In this document: positions 27,369 through 37,159 of the stretch, piece by piece
How the letters are laid out: each line of letters opens with the position of its first letter
How positions within the stretch are numbered: the stretch's first letter is position 1
DNA from: Spirochaetota bacterium
Lineage (GTDB): Bacteria; Spirochaetota; UBA4802; UBA5550
Assembly (NCBI GenBank): GCA_041749375.1
Contig: JBGTBN010000050.1
Location: 6,789-70,788 of the forward strand
DNA length: 64,000 nt
Direction: 5' to 3'
The notes under the pieces: model-generated
The model's input: only the letters and a program-made list of their open reading frames with translations
Told to the model about the DNA's origin: nothing
Databases searched by the model: none
Program-made: the position numbers and the translations under genes

Positions 27369-28967
27369 GTGAAAGTCGTCACCGCCGCTGAAATGCAGGA
27401 GATTGATCGAATAACCATCCGGGAGAACGGGATGCCTGCCGTCGTCCTCATGGGACTGGCCGGCAGGGCGGTCGCCGATCGCGCTGCCTCCCTGATGCCG
27501 TGCGGCGGCCGGGTCGCAGTGTTCGCAGGTACCGGCAATAACGGCGGCGACGGGTACGTGGCTGCCTATTTCCTGGCAAACGCAAGCATTCCGGCAGACG
27601 TGTTCGCCGTCGGGCCCGTGGATAAGATCTCGGAAACGGCCCGCGTGTACCATGACCTGTGCGGGAAGGCAGGCATCGGTATTCGCCGCATCGAAACCGT
27701 CGCGGACCTTGCGGGCCTGGACCTGGATGGATATGCCTGCATTATCGACGCGATGCTAGGGACCGGATTCAGCGGAGCGGCGCACGGGATTACCGCGGAG
27801 GTCATACGGGCCGTCAACGATTCAGACTCGTACGTGCTTTCAATCGATGTTCCCAGCGGCCTCGGGTCGGACGGCAGGGCGCCCGAGGGAGAGGCGGTGA
27901 TCGCGGACAGCACGGTGACGATCGGTCTGCCGAAGCTCTCGCTGGTCACCTACCCGGGCAAAAGCTACACCGGCGTGCTTGCGGTGGCTGACATCGGCTT
28001 CCCGGCGTCGCTCACGAACTCCGACCGGCTTAAAACAGAGCTTATTGACGAGGATTTTTTCAGGAATAACGATATCGCAGGTATAGAGTCCGAATACGCA
28101 GCGCGCGCCGATACCCACAAGGGAGAGCGGGGGCACCTGCTCCTGGTCGGCGGGTTTGACGGCATGGAAGGCGCCATAATGATGGCGGCCCGCGCCGCTT
28201 TCGAGACCGGCGTGGGCATCTGCTCGCTACTGACTACCGCGGGCGCCAGGAGCATCATCGCCGGAACGATTCCCGAGCTAATAACCATGTCAATAGCTCC
28301 TGACCTGGACACGGCAGCGCCCGATCCGGTCGCGATTCGGGCCGCGCTTGCCGACCTGTTCGAGAAAAAACAGTTCGGGGCGGTGCTCATCGGTCCCGGG
28401 ATGGCACGCGGCCCGCTGGCGCGCGCCGTGTGCGAGACGATTTTTTCCTCGACGCGGGATTTCGGGATCACACGAATGCTGGTTGACGGGGACGGCCTGT
28501 TCCACCTTGCAGGCTTCATGAAAAATGGGAAGCCGGACCTCTCGACCCGGATCATACTGACCCCGCATTTCAAGGAAGCATCCCTTCTGACCGGTGCGAC
28601 CGTGGACGAGATACGGAATGACAGGCACGGGTCCGCGGGCAGCCTCGCAAGGGGACTCTCCTGCACGACGGTGCTCAAGGGACCGTCGTCGATCGTTACC
28701 GATGGTGACCGCTTCCTGGTCAACACCACGGGCAATCCCGCGCTTGCCGCGGCCGGCTCGGGCGACGTGCTCTCGGGTATCATCGGAGCGTTGATGCTGA
28801 GGAGGCTTTCACCCCTGCAGGCAGCCGGGTACGGCGCATGGATCCATGGCCGGGCGGCCGACCTCTTCTGCTCCAGGGAAAAAACGGATCTCATCAAGTC
28901 GACGGATCTGCTAAACTATATACGCGCATCCAAACCGTGTCCCGGCCTGGAGCCTGGAAGGAGATAA
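27369..28967 (+). CDS. nnr: Bifunctional NAD(P)H-hydrate repair enzyme (epimerase + ADP-dependent dehydratase)
   Basis: The N-terminal YjeF_N region is GTGNNGGDGYVAA. The C-terminal carbohydrate-kinase-like region is AAAGSGDVLSGIIGAL. The start is GTG. Confidence 0.9.
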   Translation: MKVVTAAEMQEIDRITIRENGMPAVVLMGLAGRAVADRAASLMPCGGRVAVFAGTGNNGGDGYVAAYFLANASIPADVFAVGPVDKISETARVYHDLCGKAGIGIRRIETVADLAGLDLDGYACIIDAMLGTGFSGAAHGITAEVIRAVNDSDSYVLSIDVPSGLGSDGRAPEGEAVIADSTVTIGLPKLSLVTYPGKSYTGVLAVADIGFPASLTNSDRLKTELIDEDFFRNNDIAGIESEYAARADTHKGERGHLLLVGGFDGMEGAIMMAARAAFETGVGICSLLTTAGARSIIAGTIPELITMSIAPDLDTAAPDPVAIRAALADLFEKKQFGAVLIGPGMARGPLARAVCETIFSSTRDFGITRMLVDGDGLFHLAGFMKNGKPDLSTRIILTPHFKEASLLTGATVDEIRNDRHGSAGSLARGLSCTTVLKGPSSIVTDGDRFLVNTTGNPALAAAGSGDVLSGIIGALMLRRLSPLQAAGYGAWIHGRAADLFCSREKTDLIKSTDLLNYIRASKPCPGLEPGRR

Positions 28968-28977
28968 TGATAAACGA

Positions 28978-29385
28978 ATGAAGGCAAAAGAAAAAGAAAA
29001 GGAGTCATACATTCCGCCCTGCATGGAGTGCGGGAGCAGGTGCTGCCAGTACACGGCGATCGAGATCGACAGGCCGACGGCCAAAAACGATTTTGACAAC
29101 ATACGCTGGTACCTTTCCCACAAGAGCGTGCACGTGTTTGTCGATCATGACAAAAAATGGCATGTCGAGTTCAGGAGCCCCTGCGAGAACCTGGCCGACA
29201 ACCACCAGTGCAGCATCTACGATATTCGTCCCCGAATATGCCGCAATCACGGCAACCTGGAAGAGGAGTGCGAGTTTTTTGATTCCCCCTACCTGTATTA
29301 TTTTAACACGCGTCAAGAATTTGAAGACTACCTCGCAGAAAGGGGCATAGACTGGCGTATCAAGCCGAGAAAAACAAAAAAATGA
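28978..29385 (+). CDS. YkgJ-family Cys-cluster (putative Zn/Fe-binding) protein
   Basis: CMECGSRCC ... CSIYDIRPRICRNH matches the CxxCxxxCC / C-x-IY-x-RP-x-xC pattern of the YkgJ (UPF0153) family. Confidence 0.7.
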   Translation: MKAKEKEKESYIPPCMECGSRCCQYTAIEIDRPTAKNDFDNIRWYLSHKSVHVFVDHDKKWHVEFRSPCENLADNHQCSIYDIRPRICRNHGNLEEECEFFDSPYLYYFNTRQEFEDYLAERGIDWRIKPRKTKK

Positions 29386-29668
29386 CAATAATCGATTACT
29401 GCAGCATTTCTCGAAACCTTTGATCCATACGAGACGAGTATCGTAGATTTTTTTTGCTTGATATTTTTATTGATCTGTTCATTAATAATCTATAACGATG
29501 TTGTAACATTTTTTAAAAAATATACGCCCCGTGCCACATGCAGGGAGCGATGCGTACCGAGATATACACACGAGCGGCATATTGTCGTATTATAGTAAGA
29601 AAAAACATTTTTTCATGGTACTGTTGATCGCGGACCCGGCTGAAAAAATCTGGATTTTGGAGGGGCGC

Positions 29669-31003
29669 ATGATGAAACGGTTTATTTTTCTACTAGCCTG
29701 CGTGTTTCTTTCCTTTTGCATCGGGGCCAGTTCTTTCGGCGCTGAAGAAGCGGCTGAAAAGGATGTAATGACGCCCAAAAAGGTGAAGAAGCCGTATCAG
29801 CATCTCCTTGTACTGGGCGATGATTTCCATATCAGCGACGGCACGAACATGCAATCGCCCATCTTCGCTTATTTCTGGTTCGGGGAAAACTTCAAGAACC
29901 CGGACCTGTACACGCAGGTCACTGTCACCACCACGAGAATATTTGCAATAGCTGCCTATAGAACCGACAGGGTATATACCGGCGTAAAGCCCCTTATCGA
30001 GCATAGCACCTATGCCGGCTACCGGTCCTATAACCGCGGCTACCTCGACAGGGGACGGTCGATCAAGGGAAATAATGTCGGCGGGAGCATCTTCTTCCAG
30101 TATAACTGGCTTCGGATCCTGTCCACGCGGGTTTTTGTCCATCCCTCGTATCATTTTTACCGGTTCCCCATCATTTCGGCAAACGAGAACAAGATTATAA
30201 ATATCCCGAACAATCACTGGCAGGTCAAGCCGGGGGCAGAGCTGATCCTCAGCGACCTGGATCAGAAGGACCTTAACCGCGTCCTTCACGGTTACCTCTT
30301 CAGGGTCGAGTACCAGTATGCCCGCAGGATCGGATACGGCACCTGGTATGACTACGACCGGATGTGGTTCCGCGAGCGCTATGACGGCATGTGGTTGCCG
30401 AGCGGGTACACCGTCCCCCCTGTTAACGCGACGCTGGGCACCTGGTACCGGTCAAAGATTCGAGACACTCACCGGCTCTATTTCAACACCGGCGGGTATT
30501 ACAACTTCAAGGGTGATTATAACATTCTCTTCGACTTCTACGGCGGGTTCTTTACCGGTGTCGACCGCAACAACGCGGAGCAGATTGGCTACAGCCAGGC
30601 GGACCACGCTGTCATGCCCGGCTACTTCAACACGGAATTCCAGAGCGCTTTCTACCTGGTCTCACGTTTCCAGGTCGGGATCCCGCTGCCGTTCTGGGGG
30701 ACCAGGATTCAGCCGGGTTTCAACGTGCTCTACATGCCGAAAACGAACGACGTCATCGGCATCGGAAGGAACAATATCACGAACTGGTGGCTCAAGGGAG
30801 GGTACCCCAGGAGATTTTACAAGAGCGTATCATGCCAGCTCTCGATCAAGCTCGGGAACCTGCTGCCATTGTTCGTCGATTACGCGTATGGCATGGACGC
30901 CGTGCGCGCCAATGCATCGCATGAAGTCTATCTCAAGAAATACAGCCGCGGCAGTCATGAGTTCAAGGTGATGCTTGTCATGGGCTTTGTCAAGAATGAG
31001 TAG
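29669..31003 (+). CDS. Secreted aromatic-rich OMP-like protein, paralog A (unknown function)
   Basis: GGAGG RBS, then MMKRFIFLLACVFLSFCIGASSFGAEE as a signal peptide. It shares long identical blocks with the next gene. Confidence 0.7.
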   Translation: MMKRFIFLLACVFLSFCIGASSFGAEEAAEKDVMTPKKVKKPYQHLLVLGDDFHISDGTNMQSPIFAYFWFGENFKNPDLYTQVTVTTTRIFAIAAYRTDRVYTGVKPLIEHSTYAGYRSYNRGYLDRGRSIKGNNVGGSIFFQYNWLRILSTRVFVHPSYHFYRFPIISANENKIINIPNNHWQVKPGAELILSDLDQKDLNRVLHGYLFRVEYQYARRIGYGTWYDYDRMWFRERYDGMWLPSGYTVPPVNATLGTWYRSKIRDTHRLYFNTGGYYNFKGDYNILFDFYGGFFTGVDRNNAEQIGYSQADHAVMPGYFNTEFQSAFYLVSRFQVGIPLPFWGTRIQPGFNVLYMPKTNDVIGIGRNNITNWWLKGGYPRRFYKSVSCQLSIKLGNLLPLFVDYAYGMDAVRANASHEVYLKKYSRGSHEFKVMLVMGFVKNE

Positions 31004-31044
31004 CCGGACCGATCCGGCAGAAAAAAAATATCACGGAGGTCTTT

Positions 31045-32388
31045 ATGAAAAGAGTTGTTGTCTGTCTGGCGTCCATTGCGGCGGTCAGCATCATATGGGT
31101 CCAGGCGTATAGCCAGGATGCCGACAAAATCACGGTTAAAGACATGGACCCCCGTGAGACGCACCAGGAGTACAACCACATCCTCGCCATAGGAGTCAAT
31201 CAGCCCTTCAGCAAGGGATCCAATAATCTCTCGCCGCTGTTCGCGTATTACTGGTTCGGCGACAAGTACAAGAACCCGGACCTGTACACGCAGTTCACGC
31301 TGACTACGACGAGGATATTTTTCATTCTGGGCTATAAAACGGACAGGGTATATGCAGGCGTTAAGCCGCTGATCGAGCACTCGACCTATTCAGGGTGGAA
31401 GTCGTACAACAGGGGTTACAATGACGAGCGGCGCGAGTTTGGCGGGAACAATGCCGGCATCGGCGGGTTCTTCCAGTACAATTTTTTAAGAATACTCACG
31501 GCGCGGATCAATTTCCATTCCTCCTATCATTTTTACCGTTTCCCGGTCCTCACTCCTAACGAGAATAAGTACGTCAACATGCCCAATCGCCACTGGCAGC
31601 TCAAGCCCTGGATAGAGCTGCAGCTGAGTGACGTCGAGGAAAAGAGCCTCACCAGGGTCAAGCATGGGTACCTCTTCAGGGTGGAGTATCACTATGCCCG
31701 GAGGATCGGGTATGGCACCTGGTATGACTATGACCGTCTCTGGACCAGGGAAAAATGGAACGACACGTGGCTGCCGCCGAAGGGCCGTACCGAGGGCGTC
31801 TGGTACAAGTCGAACATCAAGGACACGCACCGCTTCTATTTTAGCGCGGGCGGATATTACAACTTCAAGCATGACATCAATCTCCAGTTCGATATCTACG
31901 GCGGGCTATTCACCGGGGTGGACCGGAACAATGCGGAACAAATCGGGTTTTACCAGGCTGATTACGCCATCATGCCTGGATATTTCGCCGCAGAATTCTA
32001 CCACAATTTTTATGTTATATCGCGCCTGCAGATCGGCCTGCCGATACCTTTCTGGGATGCGCGGATACAACCGGGATTCAACGTGCTCTACATGCCCAAA
32101 ACGAACGAGGTTATCGGTGTCGGTCGTGGCGCCATCACCCAGCAGGAACTCGTACAGCAGTATCCCCGCAGGTTCTATACCAGCGTATCCTGCTCTTTCT
32201 CGCTGCTCCTTGGGAACATGCTTCCGTTTTTCGTGGATTATGCCTATGGCATAGATGCGGACAGGACCAAGGCAGCGCATAAATTATCATATTACGGGAC
32301 GAATTTCGGGACGAAAAACAAGGGCAGCCATGAGCTCCAGGTGATGGTCCTCATGGCTTTCGACAAGAACGAGCCGGACAAGAAATAA
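31045..32388 (+). CDS. Secreted aromatic-rich OMP-like protein, paralog B (unknown function)
   Basis: MKRVVVCLASIAAVSIIWVQAYS is a signal peptide. The protein is collinear with paralog A (GVKPLIEHSTY, ARRIGYGTWYDYDR, TGVDRNNAEQIG, RIQPGFNVLYMPKTN, FVDYAYG). Confidence 0.75.
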   Translation: MKRVVVCLASIAAVSIIWVQAYSQDADKITVKDMDPRETHQEYNHILAIGVNQPFSKGSNNLSPLFAYYWFGDKYKNPDLYTQFTLTTTRIFFILGYKTDRVYAGVKPLIEHSTYSGWKSYNRGYNDERREFGGNNAGIGGFFQYNFLRILTARINFHSSYHFYRFPVLTPNENKYVNMPNRHWQLKPWIELQLSDVEEKSLTRVKHGYLFRVEYHYARRIGYGTWYDYDRLWTREKWNDTWLPPKGRTEGVWYKSNIKDTHRFYFSAGGYYNFKHDINLQFDIYGGLFTGVDRNNAEQIGFYQADYAIMPGYFAAEFYHNFYVISRLQIGLPIPFWDARIQPGFNVLYMPKTNEVIGVGRGAITQQELVQQYPRRFYTSVSCSFSLLLGNMLPFFVDYAYGIDADRTKAAHKLSYYGTNFGTKNKGSHELQVMVLMAFDKNEPDKK

Positions 32389-32455
32389 GAGCGCAAGCGG
32401 ATCCGCAATCCGCTTACGCCTGAACCGAATCCAGTACTGAAATAAACACCGCTTT

Positions 32456-32507
32456 CTTCCGGGATGAGGCGCCACGCGGCGGCCTCCTCCCGGAAGGGGC
32501 GGTTTTT
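32456..32507 (+). terminator. Long stem-loop plus T-tract after the paralog pair
   Basis: The outer stem is CTTCCGGGA ... TCCCGGAAG with an inner GAGGCGCC/GGCGGCCTC pairing, followed by gggcggttttt. A second hairpin AAGCGGAT-ccgca-ATCCGCTT lies at 32395..32415. Confidence 0.5.
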
Positions 32508-32632
32508 AGTATGAGGCATAATTCCCGCCCGGACCGGCTCGTATGGCCGGAAATCATTATTATAATCCATAAAACAGCCTGAATCACCACTTAACTTTAA
32601 AGATAATGCTATATTTTTCCGATTTCATTAGT

Positions 32633-33715
32633 ATGAAAAAGTATATTTTCACCGTCCTTATTGTTTGCTCTTTATCCGGAATTTCCCTAGCTTTATATAC
32701 GGGTCTGGGTTCAGGCCCTGAAGACAAAGAGGCGGTCAAACTTGAGGATGCCATCATCATCCACGGCATAGAGATGGACTCGGAGACGCCGGTCGCTGAA
32801 AACGACGGGGACGGCGAAGGCAGGATCATTTTCGACGACGCGTTTGATGACACTATCATCGATTATGACCGGGTGAAACAGCTGAAAGGCAAAACGGTCA
32901 TCTCGAAAAATCAAATGAAGGAGTTTGACAGGCTGCGTGAGAAAGACAGGCGCTGGCACCTGTGCCGGTACAAGATCCGCAGGAATGACAACCTCTGGAA
33001 CATCGCCAGGCGGTTCGGGGTGCACCAGCACCTGATAATCAGCATCAACAGCATCGACGACCCTGACATGCTCCAGCCTGGGCGATTGATCAACGTACCG
33101 AGCAGGCGCGGCATCTATTATAACGTGCAGAAAGGCGACACGGTGTCGAGGATCGCCGGGCGCTACCGGATCGCCGGGAAGAATATCGTGGCCCATAACA
33201 GGCTGAAGGGCGGCGTTCTCAGACCGGGACAGAAACTCTTCCTCCCCGATGTCCGGGAGAGTGAAGCACGGACGGAGATGGCACGGGCGGACAAAAAGAA
33301 GAAGGGAGCGGCAGTGATCGCCTCGGCACGGAAGCTGTTCATCTGGCCCATACGGGGACGGATCACTTCGGGATTCGGTACACGGGTTGACCCGTTCACC
33401 CGGGACCGCCGCTTTCATTGCGGCATAGATATCAGCGCGAACGTCGGAATGCCGATACGCGCGGCCGGAAACGGGAGGGTCATTTTTAACGGGTGGAAGC
33501 CCGGCTACGGAAAAGTGGTCATCGTCCGGCATGAGGGCGGGTATATCACGGTGTACGCCCACAACAGCAGAAACGTGTCCCCTGTGGACAGCGAGGTCAG
33601 CCGCGGCCAGGTCATAGCCTATTCCGGCATGACCGGTGCGGTAACCGGCGCGCACGTCCATTTCGAGGTGCGTAAATACGTCAATCCCCTAAACCCGATG
33701 AGGTTCTTAAAGTAA
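32633..33715 (+). CDS. LysM-LysM-M23 peptidoglycan DD-endopeptidase-like protein
   Basis: It has two LysM motifs (YKIRRNDNLWNIARRFGV, YNVQKGDTVSRIAGRY). The M23 motifs are HCGIDISA and GAHVHFEVR. Confidence 0.9.
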   Translation: MKKYIFTVLIVCSLSGISLALYTGLGSGPEDKEAVKLEDAIIIHGIEMDSETPVAENDGDGEGRIIFDDAFDDTIIDYDRVKQLKGKTVISKNQMKEFDRLREKDRRWHLCRYKIRRNDNLWNIARRFGVHQHLIISINSIDDPDMLQPGRLINVPSRRGIYYNVQKGDTVSRIAGRYRIAGKNIVAHNRLKGGVLRPGQKLFLPDVRESEARTEMARADKKKKGAAVIASARKLFIWPIRGRITSGFGTRVDPFTRDRRFHCGIDISANVGMPIRAAGNGRVIFNGWKPGYGKVVIVRHEGGYITVYAHNSRNVSPVDSEVSRGQVIAYSGMTGAVTGAHVHFEVRKYVNPLNPMRFLK

Positions 33716-34774
33716 ATGAAAAAGACGATTGCTTTCATCACGATGCTGATCATGACTGCCCCGGCGGTGTACGCCTCCATGGTGATGGAGGAGGGCTCAC
33801 GGCGCATAACAGTATTCCCGACCATGACGGACAAGGAAGGCTGGACCGCGGTACTCAGGGGAAAAATCGTGTCGTACTCTTCAAAGGACGAATTTGACGA
33901 GCAGGACCTGATCGGGAGCTCGCAGGAGAAAACCAAGGCCACGGTTCGTTTATACAGCAGGGAGGGTGTCAGCGAAGGCGATACGCTGTATGTTATAAAT
34001 GACAAGAACCTTATCGTCGCCAGGATGAAGGTCAGGAACGTGTTCAAAACCGTGTCATTCGGTGACATGCTTGTCGGGTACGGGAACTTCAGGCTCGGTT
34101 CCGTCGGGGACCGGGTCATACAGAAGGCGGAGGACGAAAACGCGAAGTACGCGTATATATACAAGGCCCGCGGCGATTATTATGGGAATACGGGCGGCGA
34201 GGGCGAGGCAATTCGGGAATACAAGGAAGCGCTGAAGCTGGACAGGAACAACCCGGATGCGCATCTCGCGCTCGGTATGATTTACCTGAAGCAGGGTCTT
34301 GACCAGTTCGCCCTCAAGGAGTTCCAGGAGAGCTACCGGAACATCGGCAGGCTCTACGACAGGAGCGATAAGTTCCAGCTCCTGGAGAGCATGGCCCGGA
34401 TCAGGTATCGTGAAGTATACGGGTCGTTCCTGCCCGATAAGATGAAAAACCGGTACCGCGATGAGGGCAAAAAATATTGCGGCGAGGCCCTGAGGATCTA
34501 CCCGGCTTCAGAGAACATCAACTACCTGCTTGGTATATTCCATTACAGGTCTCCGAACCCGGACGATAAAGCCGCAAAGGACTATTTCCTGAAAGTCGTT
34601 GAGATCAATCCGTTGAACGCGGACGCCTACGTTGCGCTCGCGGAGCTGTATAACCGGCATGAAAACCCGGGGAAGGCCCGGCTCTATGCCGATAAGGCCC
34701 TCGATGCGGACCCTGCGAACCCAAGGGCTCAAAAGATGGTAAAATATCTCGAATCGAAGCTCGAATTGAAATGA
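33716..34774 (+). CDS. Secreted TPR-repeat protein
   Basis: The signal peptide is MKKTIAFITMLIMTAPAVYAS. TPR-like repeats are present (EAIREYKEALKLDRNNPDAHLALGMIYLKQG, NADAYVALAELYNRHENPGKARLYADKALDADPAN). The ATG abuts the upstream stop. Confidence 0.8.
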   Translation: MKKTIAFITMLIMTAPAVYASMVMEEGSRRITVFPTMTDKEGWTAVLRGKIVSYSSKDEFDEQDLIGSSQEKTKATVRLYSREGVSEGDTLYVINDKNLIVARMKVRNVFKTVSFGDMLVGYGNFRLGSVGDRVIQKAEDENAKYAYIYKARGDYYGNTGGEGEAIREYKEALKLDRNNPDAHLALGMIYLKQGLDQFALKEFQESYRNIGRLYDRSDKFQLLESMARIRYREVYGSFLPDKMKNRYRDEGKKYCGEALRIYPASENINYLLGIFHYRSPNPDDKAAKDYFLKVVEINPLNADAYVALAELYNRHENPGKARLYADKALDADPANPRAQKMVKYLESKLELK

Positions 34775-34905
34775 CCGTTGCGCAGGGCCGGATGATTGTT
34801 CAACCGGTCCCGCGGCATTTCACCGATAATCCGGAAGCCGTCCGGACTTAATCTTCTTGACATTTTCCCGACGCAAAAATAATCCTATATCCTGTAGGAT
34901 GTTTT

Positions 34906-35364
34906 ATGATTATTTATACGCTATTATTCTGCCTCTTGACCTCATTTTCTCTGCATATCCTCATCATAGTAATGTATGTAAAGAATAAGCAGAATTTATA
35001 TTTGTTCTGGTTCATTGCTACCATCGCCCTCAATATGGGGATTGCCCTGGCTCTGATAATATTGGCATTGACAAAACCGCACCTGATACGGCAGTTGAAC
35101 CTGAAATATTTTTTCTGGCTCCTCTCCGGCTTTGTCACCATTTTGCTGCTCTGCGTAAAAGTAGCGATTTTCAGGAACGTGTACAGGAGGGCCCAGGACC
35201 CGAAATGGTACCATGTTAACTACTTCGGGAGAAAGGTGTACGAGAAAGGAGTCGTTAAACAATCTGAATTTATCGGGGTGTTTCTGTCGCTCCCGTTTTT
35301 TCTTATCATAGGGGCATTCTTTGTGTCCCGGCTCATAACCATGATAATGTTCGGTCACATGTAA
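34906..35364 (+). CDS. Small polytopic membrane protein (about 4 TM), unknown function
   Basis: Hydrophobic segments alternate with basic loops. The gene is AT-rich and lies 16 nt upstream of the ParB-N gene. Confidence 0.55.
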   Translation: MIIYTLLFCLLTSFSLHILIIVMYVKNKQNLYLFWFIATIALNMGIALALIILALTKPHLIRQLNLKYFFWLLSGFVTILLLCVKVAIFRNVYRRAQDPKWYHVNYFGRKVYEKGVVKQSEFIGVFLSLPFFLIIGAFFVSRLITMIMFGHM

Positions 35365-35380
35365 GGAGAATGAGAAGATC

Positions 35381-35794
35381 GTGAAAGTACGTATACAGGA
35401 CATCATACTAAAAAGCCGCATACGGATCGATACCGGCGACATATCCGAACTCATGGAGTCGATAAGCAAATACGGGCTCCTGAACCCGATCACGGTGACC
35501 GAGGATTATGAGCTCCTTGCCGGGTTCCGCAGGCTGGAGGCGTGCAAGGCGCTCGGCATGACCGAAGTAGAATGCAACGTCATCAATGTTCAGTCGAAAA
35601 TTGACAGGCTTTTCATAGAAGCAGATGAAAACCTGACGAGGAAGGACCTGAGTGTCCGGGAGATCGAGAGATACGAGGACGAAAAGCGCTACCTGCTTGC
35701 CCGTGGTTTTCAAAAGATTCTGCTCTGGTTTATCCGCATCTTCAGGATAATCGTGTCCTGGATCCGCAGGAGCATTCTCCGACGCGCGTATTAG
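35381..35794 (+). CDS. ParB N-terminal-domain-only protein (ParB/Srx fold) with a hydrophobic/basic C-terminal tail
   Basis: LLNPITVTEDYELLAGFRRLEACKALG contains the GxRR arginine patch. EADENLTRKDLSVREIE resembles the ParB ENLxRxDL box. No HTH follows. The tail is FQKILLWFIRIFRIIVSWIRRSILRRAY. The start is GTG. Confidence 0.7.
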   Translation: MKVRIQDIILKSRIRIDTGDISELMESISKYGLLNPITVTEDYELLAGFRRLEACKALGMTEVECNVINVQSKIDRLFIEADENLTRKDLSVREIERYEDEKRYLLARGFQKILLWFIRIFRIIVSWIRRSILRRAY

Positions 35795-35801
35795 CTGCTC
35801 T

Positions 35802-36944
35802 TCAGAGCGTCAGTCTGGATATGACTTCGAAATGCTGTGTGCAGGGGAACATGTCCGCCAGCGTAAGGGTTTCCATTTTATATCCGCCTGCGACAAAGTC
35901 CTTCACGTCCCTGGCAAACGTTGACGGATTGCATGAAACATACACAATAACGCGGGGCCCCATCGCCAGGATCGTTTTCCTGGTATGCCTGTCAATGCCC
36001 GCCCGGGGCGGGTCCATCACGATGACTTCCGGATTCACCCTGCCCGGATGGATCTGCGAAGATCGCCGGGTTTCGAATTTGACATTGGGTATCCCGTTTT
36101 CCGCAGCATTCATTACGGCGTACCGGATGCTTCCGGCGTTTATGTCGATACCATGCCCCTTCTTAGAAACGCGCGCGAGAGGGAGGGTGAAAAACCCGAC
36201 TCCGCAGCCGATATCGAGGAACGTGGCATTTTCGCCGCACCGGGCCAGCGTTACCACCCGTTCCATGAGGGCACCGCGGAGCAGGCGGTTTGCCTGGTAG
36301 AACTGGTCGATGCCGCGATTGAAGACGAGTCCCGCTTCGCGCTCCCGAAGGGTGGGGTTCCTGTCGAAAGAGGTCACGACCGAGCCCGAGCAGTCAACCG
36401 CGGCCCGGTAATCGCCAGGCGGCGCATCATCAGACCGTACCCGGTCGTTAATGGCATCGTCGAGCAGGAAGCAGCCTGTCCCGGCAATCGGGACAATGTC
36501 ATTGGTGCCTTTCCGGAAAAACCCTGATTTGCCGCATCTGACCTTGATCGCTGCATGGCTCCGGTAGTGAAAACGATGATCATGCAAAACATCCGGCCGC
36601 GGGGGGCCGTCACTGTCCATCCCGGCTATCCTGGAAAGGCTGTCCATAAGTACGCTCATTTTGAATTCGAGCTCTTTCTCATACGGGACGTGGAGGTAGG
36701 AGCATCCACCGCACCGGGCGTACAGGGGGCAGGCAGGCATGATCCTGTCCCCTGAAGCAGAGGTGATGCTGTCAATCTCACCCGTACAGTAGTCTTTTTT
36801 TTCCGACAGGATCCGCACGGTCACGGTTTCACCCGGGACCGCGTGCGGGACGAAAACGGCCTTCCCGAGATGACGGCCGAGGAAAAGGCCGCCGAAAACC
36901 GGCTTCTCAATTTCGACCTGTATGATACTGGTCTCGTCTGACAT
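35802..36944 (-). CDS. TRAM-domain class I SAM-dependent RNA (uracil-5)-methyltransferase, RumA/TrmA family
   Basis: The SAM motif is FLDIGCGVGFFTLPLA and the catalytic region is VIVMDPPRAGI ... YVSCNP. The start is ambiguous (36944 with GAGGAG, or 37010). Confidence 0.85.
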   Translation of the reverse strand: MSDETSIIQVEIEKPVFGGLFLGRHLGKAVFVPHAVPGETVTVRILSEKKDYCTGEIDSITSASGDRIMPACPLYARCGGCSYLHVPYEKELEFKMSVLMDSLSRIAGMDSDGPPRPDVLHDHRFHYRSHAAIKVRCGKSGFFRKGTNDIVPIAGTGCFLLDDAINDRVRSDDAPPGDYRAAVDCSGSVVTSFDRNPTLREREAGLVFNRGIDQFYQANRLLRGALMERVVTLARCGENATFLDIGCGVGFFTLPLARVSKKGHGIDINAGSIRYAVMNAAENGIPNVKFETRRSSQIHPGRVNPEVIVMDPPRAGIDRHTRKTILAMGPRVIVYVSCNPSTFARDVKDFVAGGYKMETLTLADMFPCTQHFEVISRLTL

Positions 36945-37159
36945 ATGCTCCTCGTCCGGGATTTTTTTGCGCCGGCCGGTCCCGGCGCGGGCCGCCATTT
37001 TTCGGGCCATGCAAGGATCCCCGGAAAAAATCTATTTGACAATCACCTGTTCCTGGCGTTTTATCAGTATGTAATCGGTAAAGTAACAAAATCAGTCAAT
37101 CCCTTTCCGATATATAAAACCAGATACGATGTAAAATCAGGATAAGAGTTCGACCGGCC

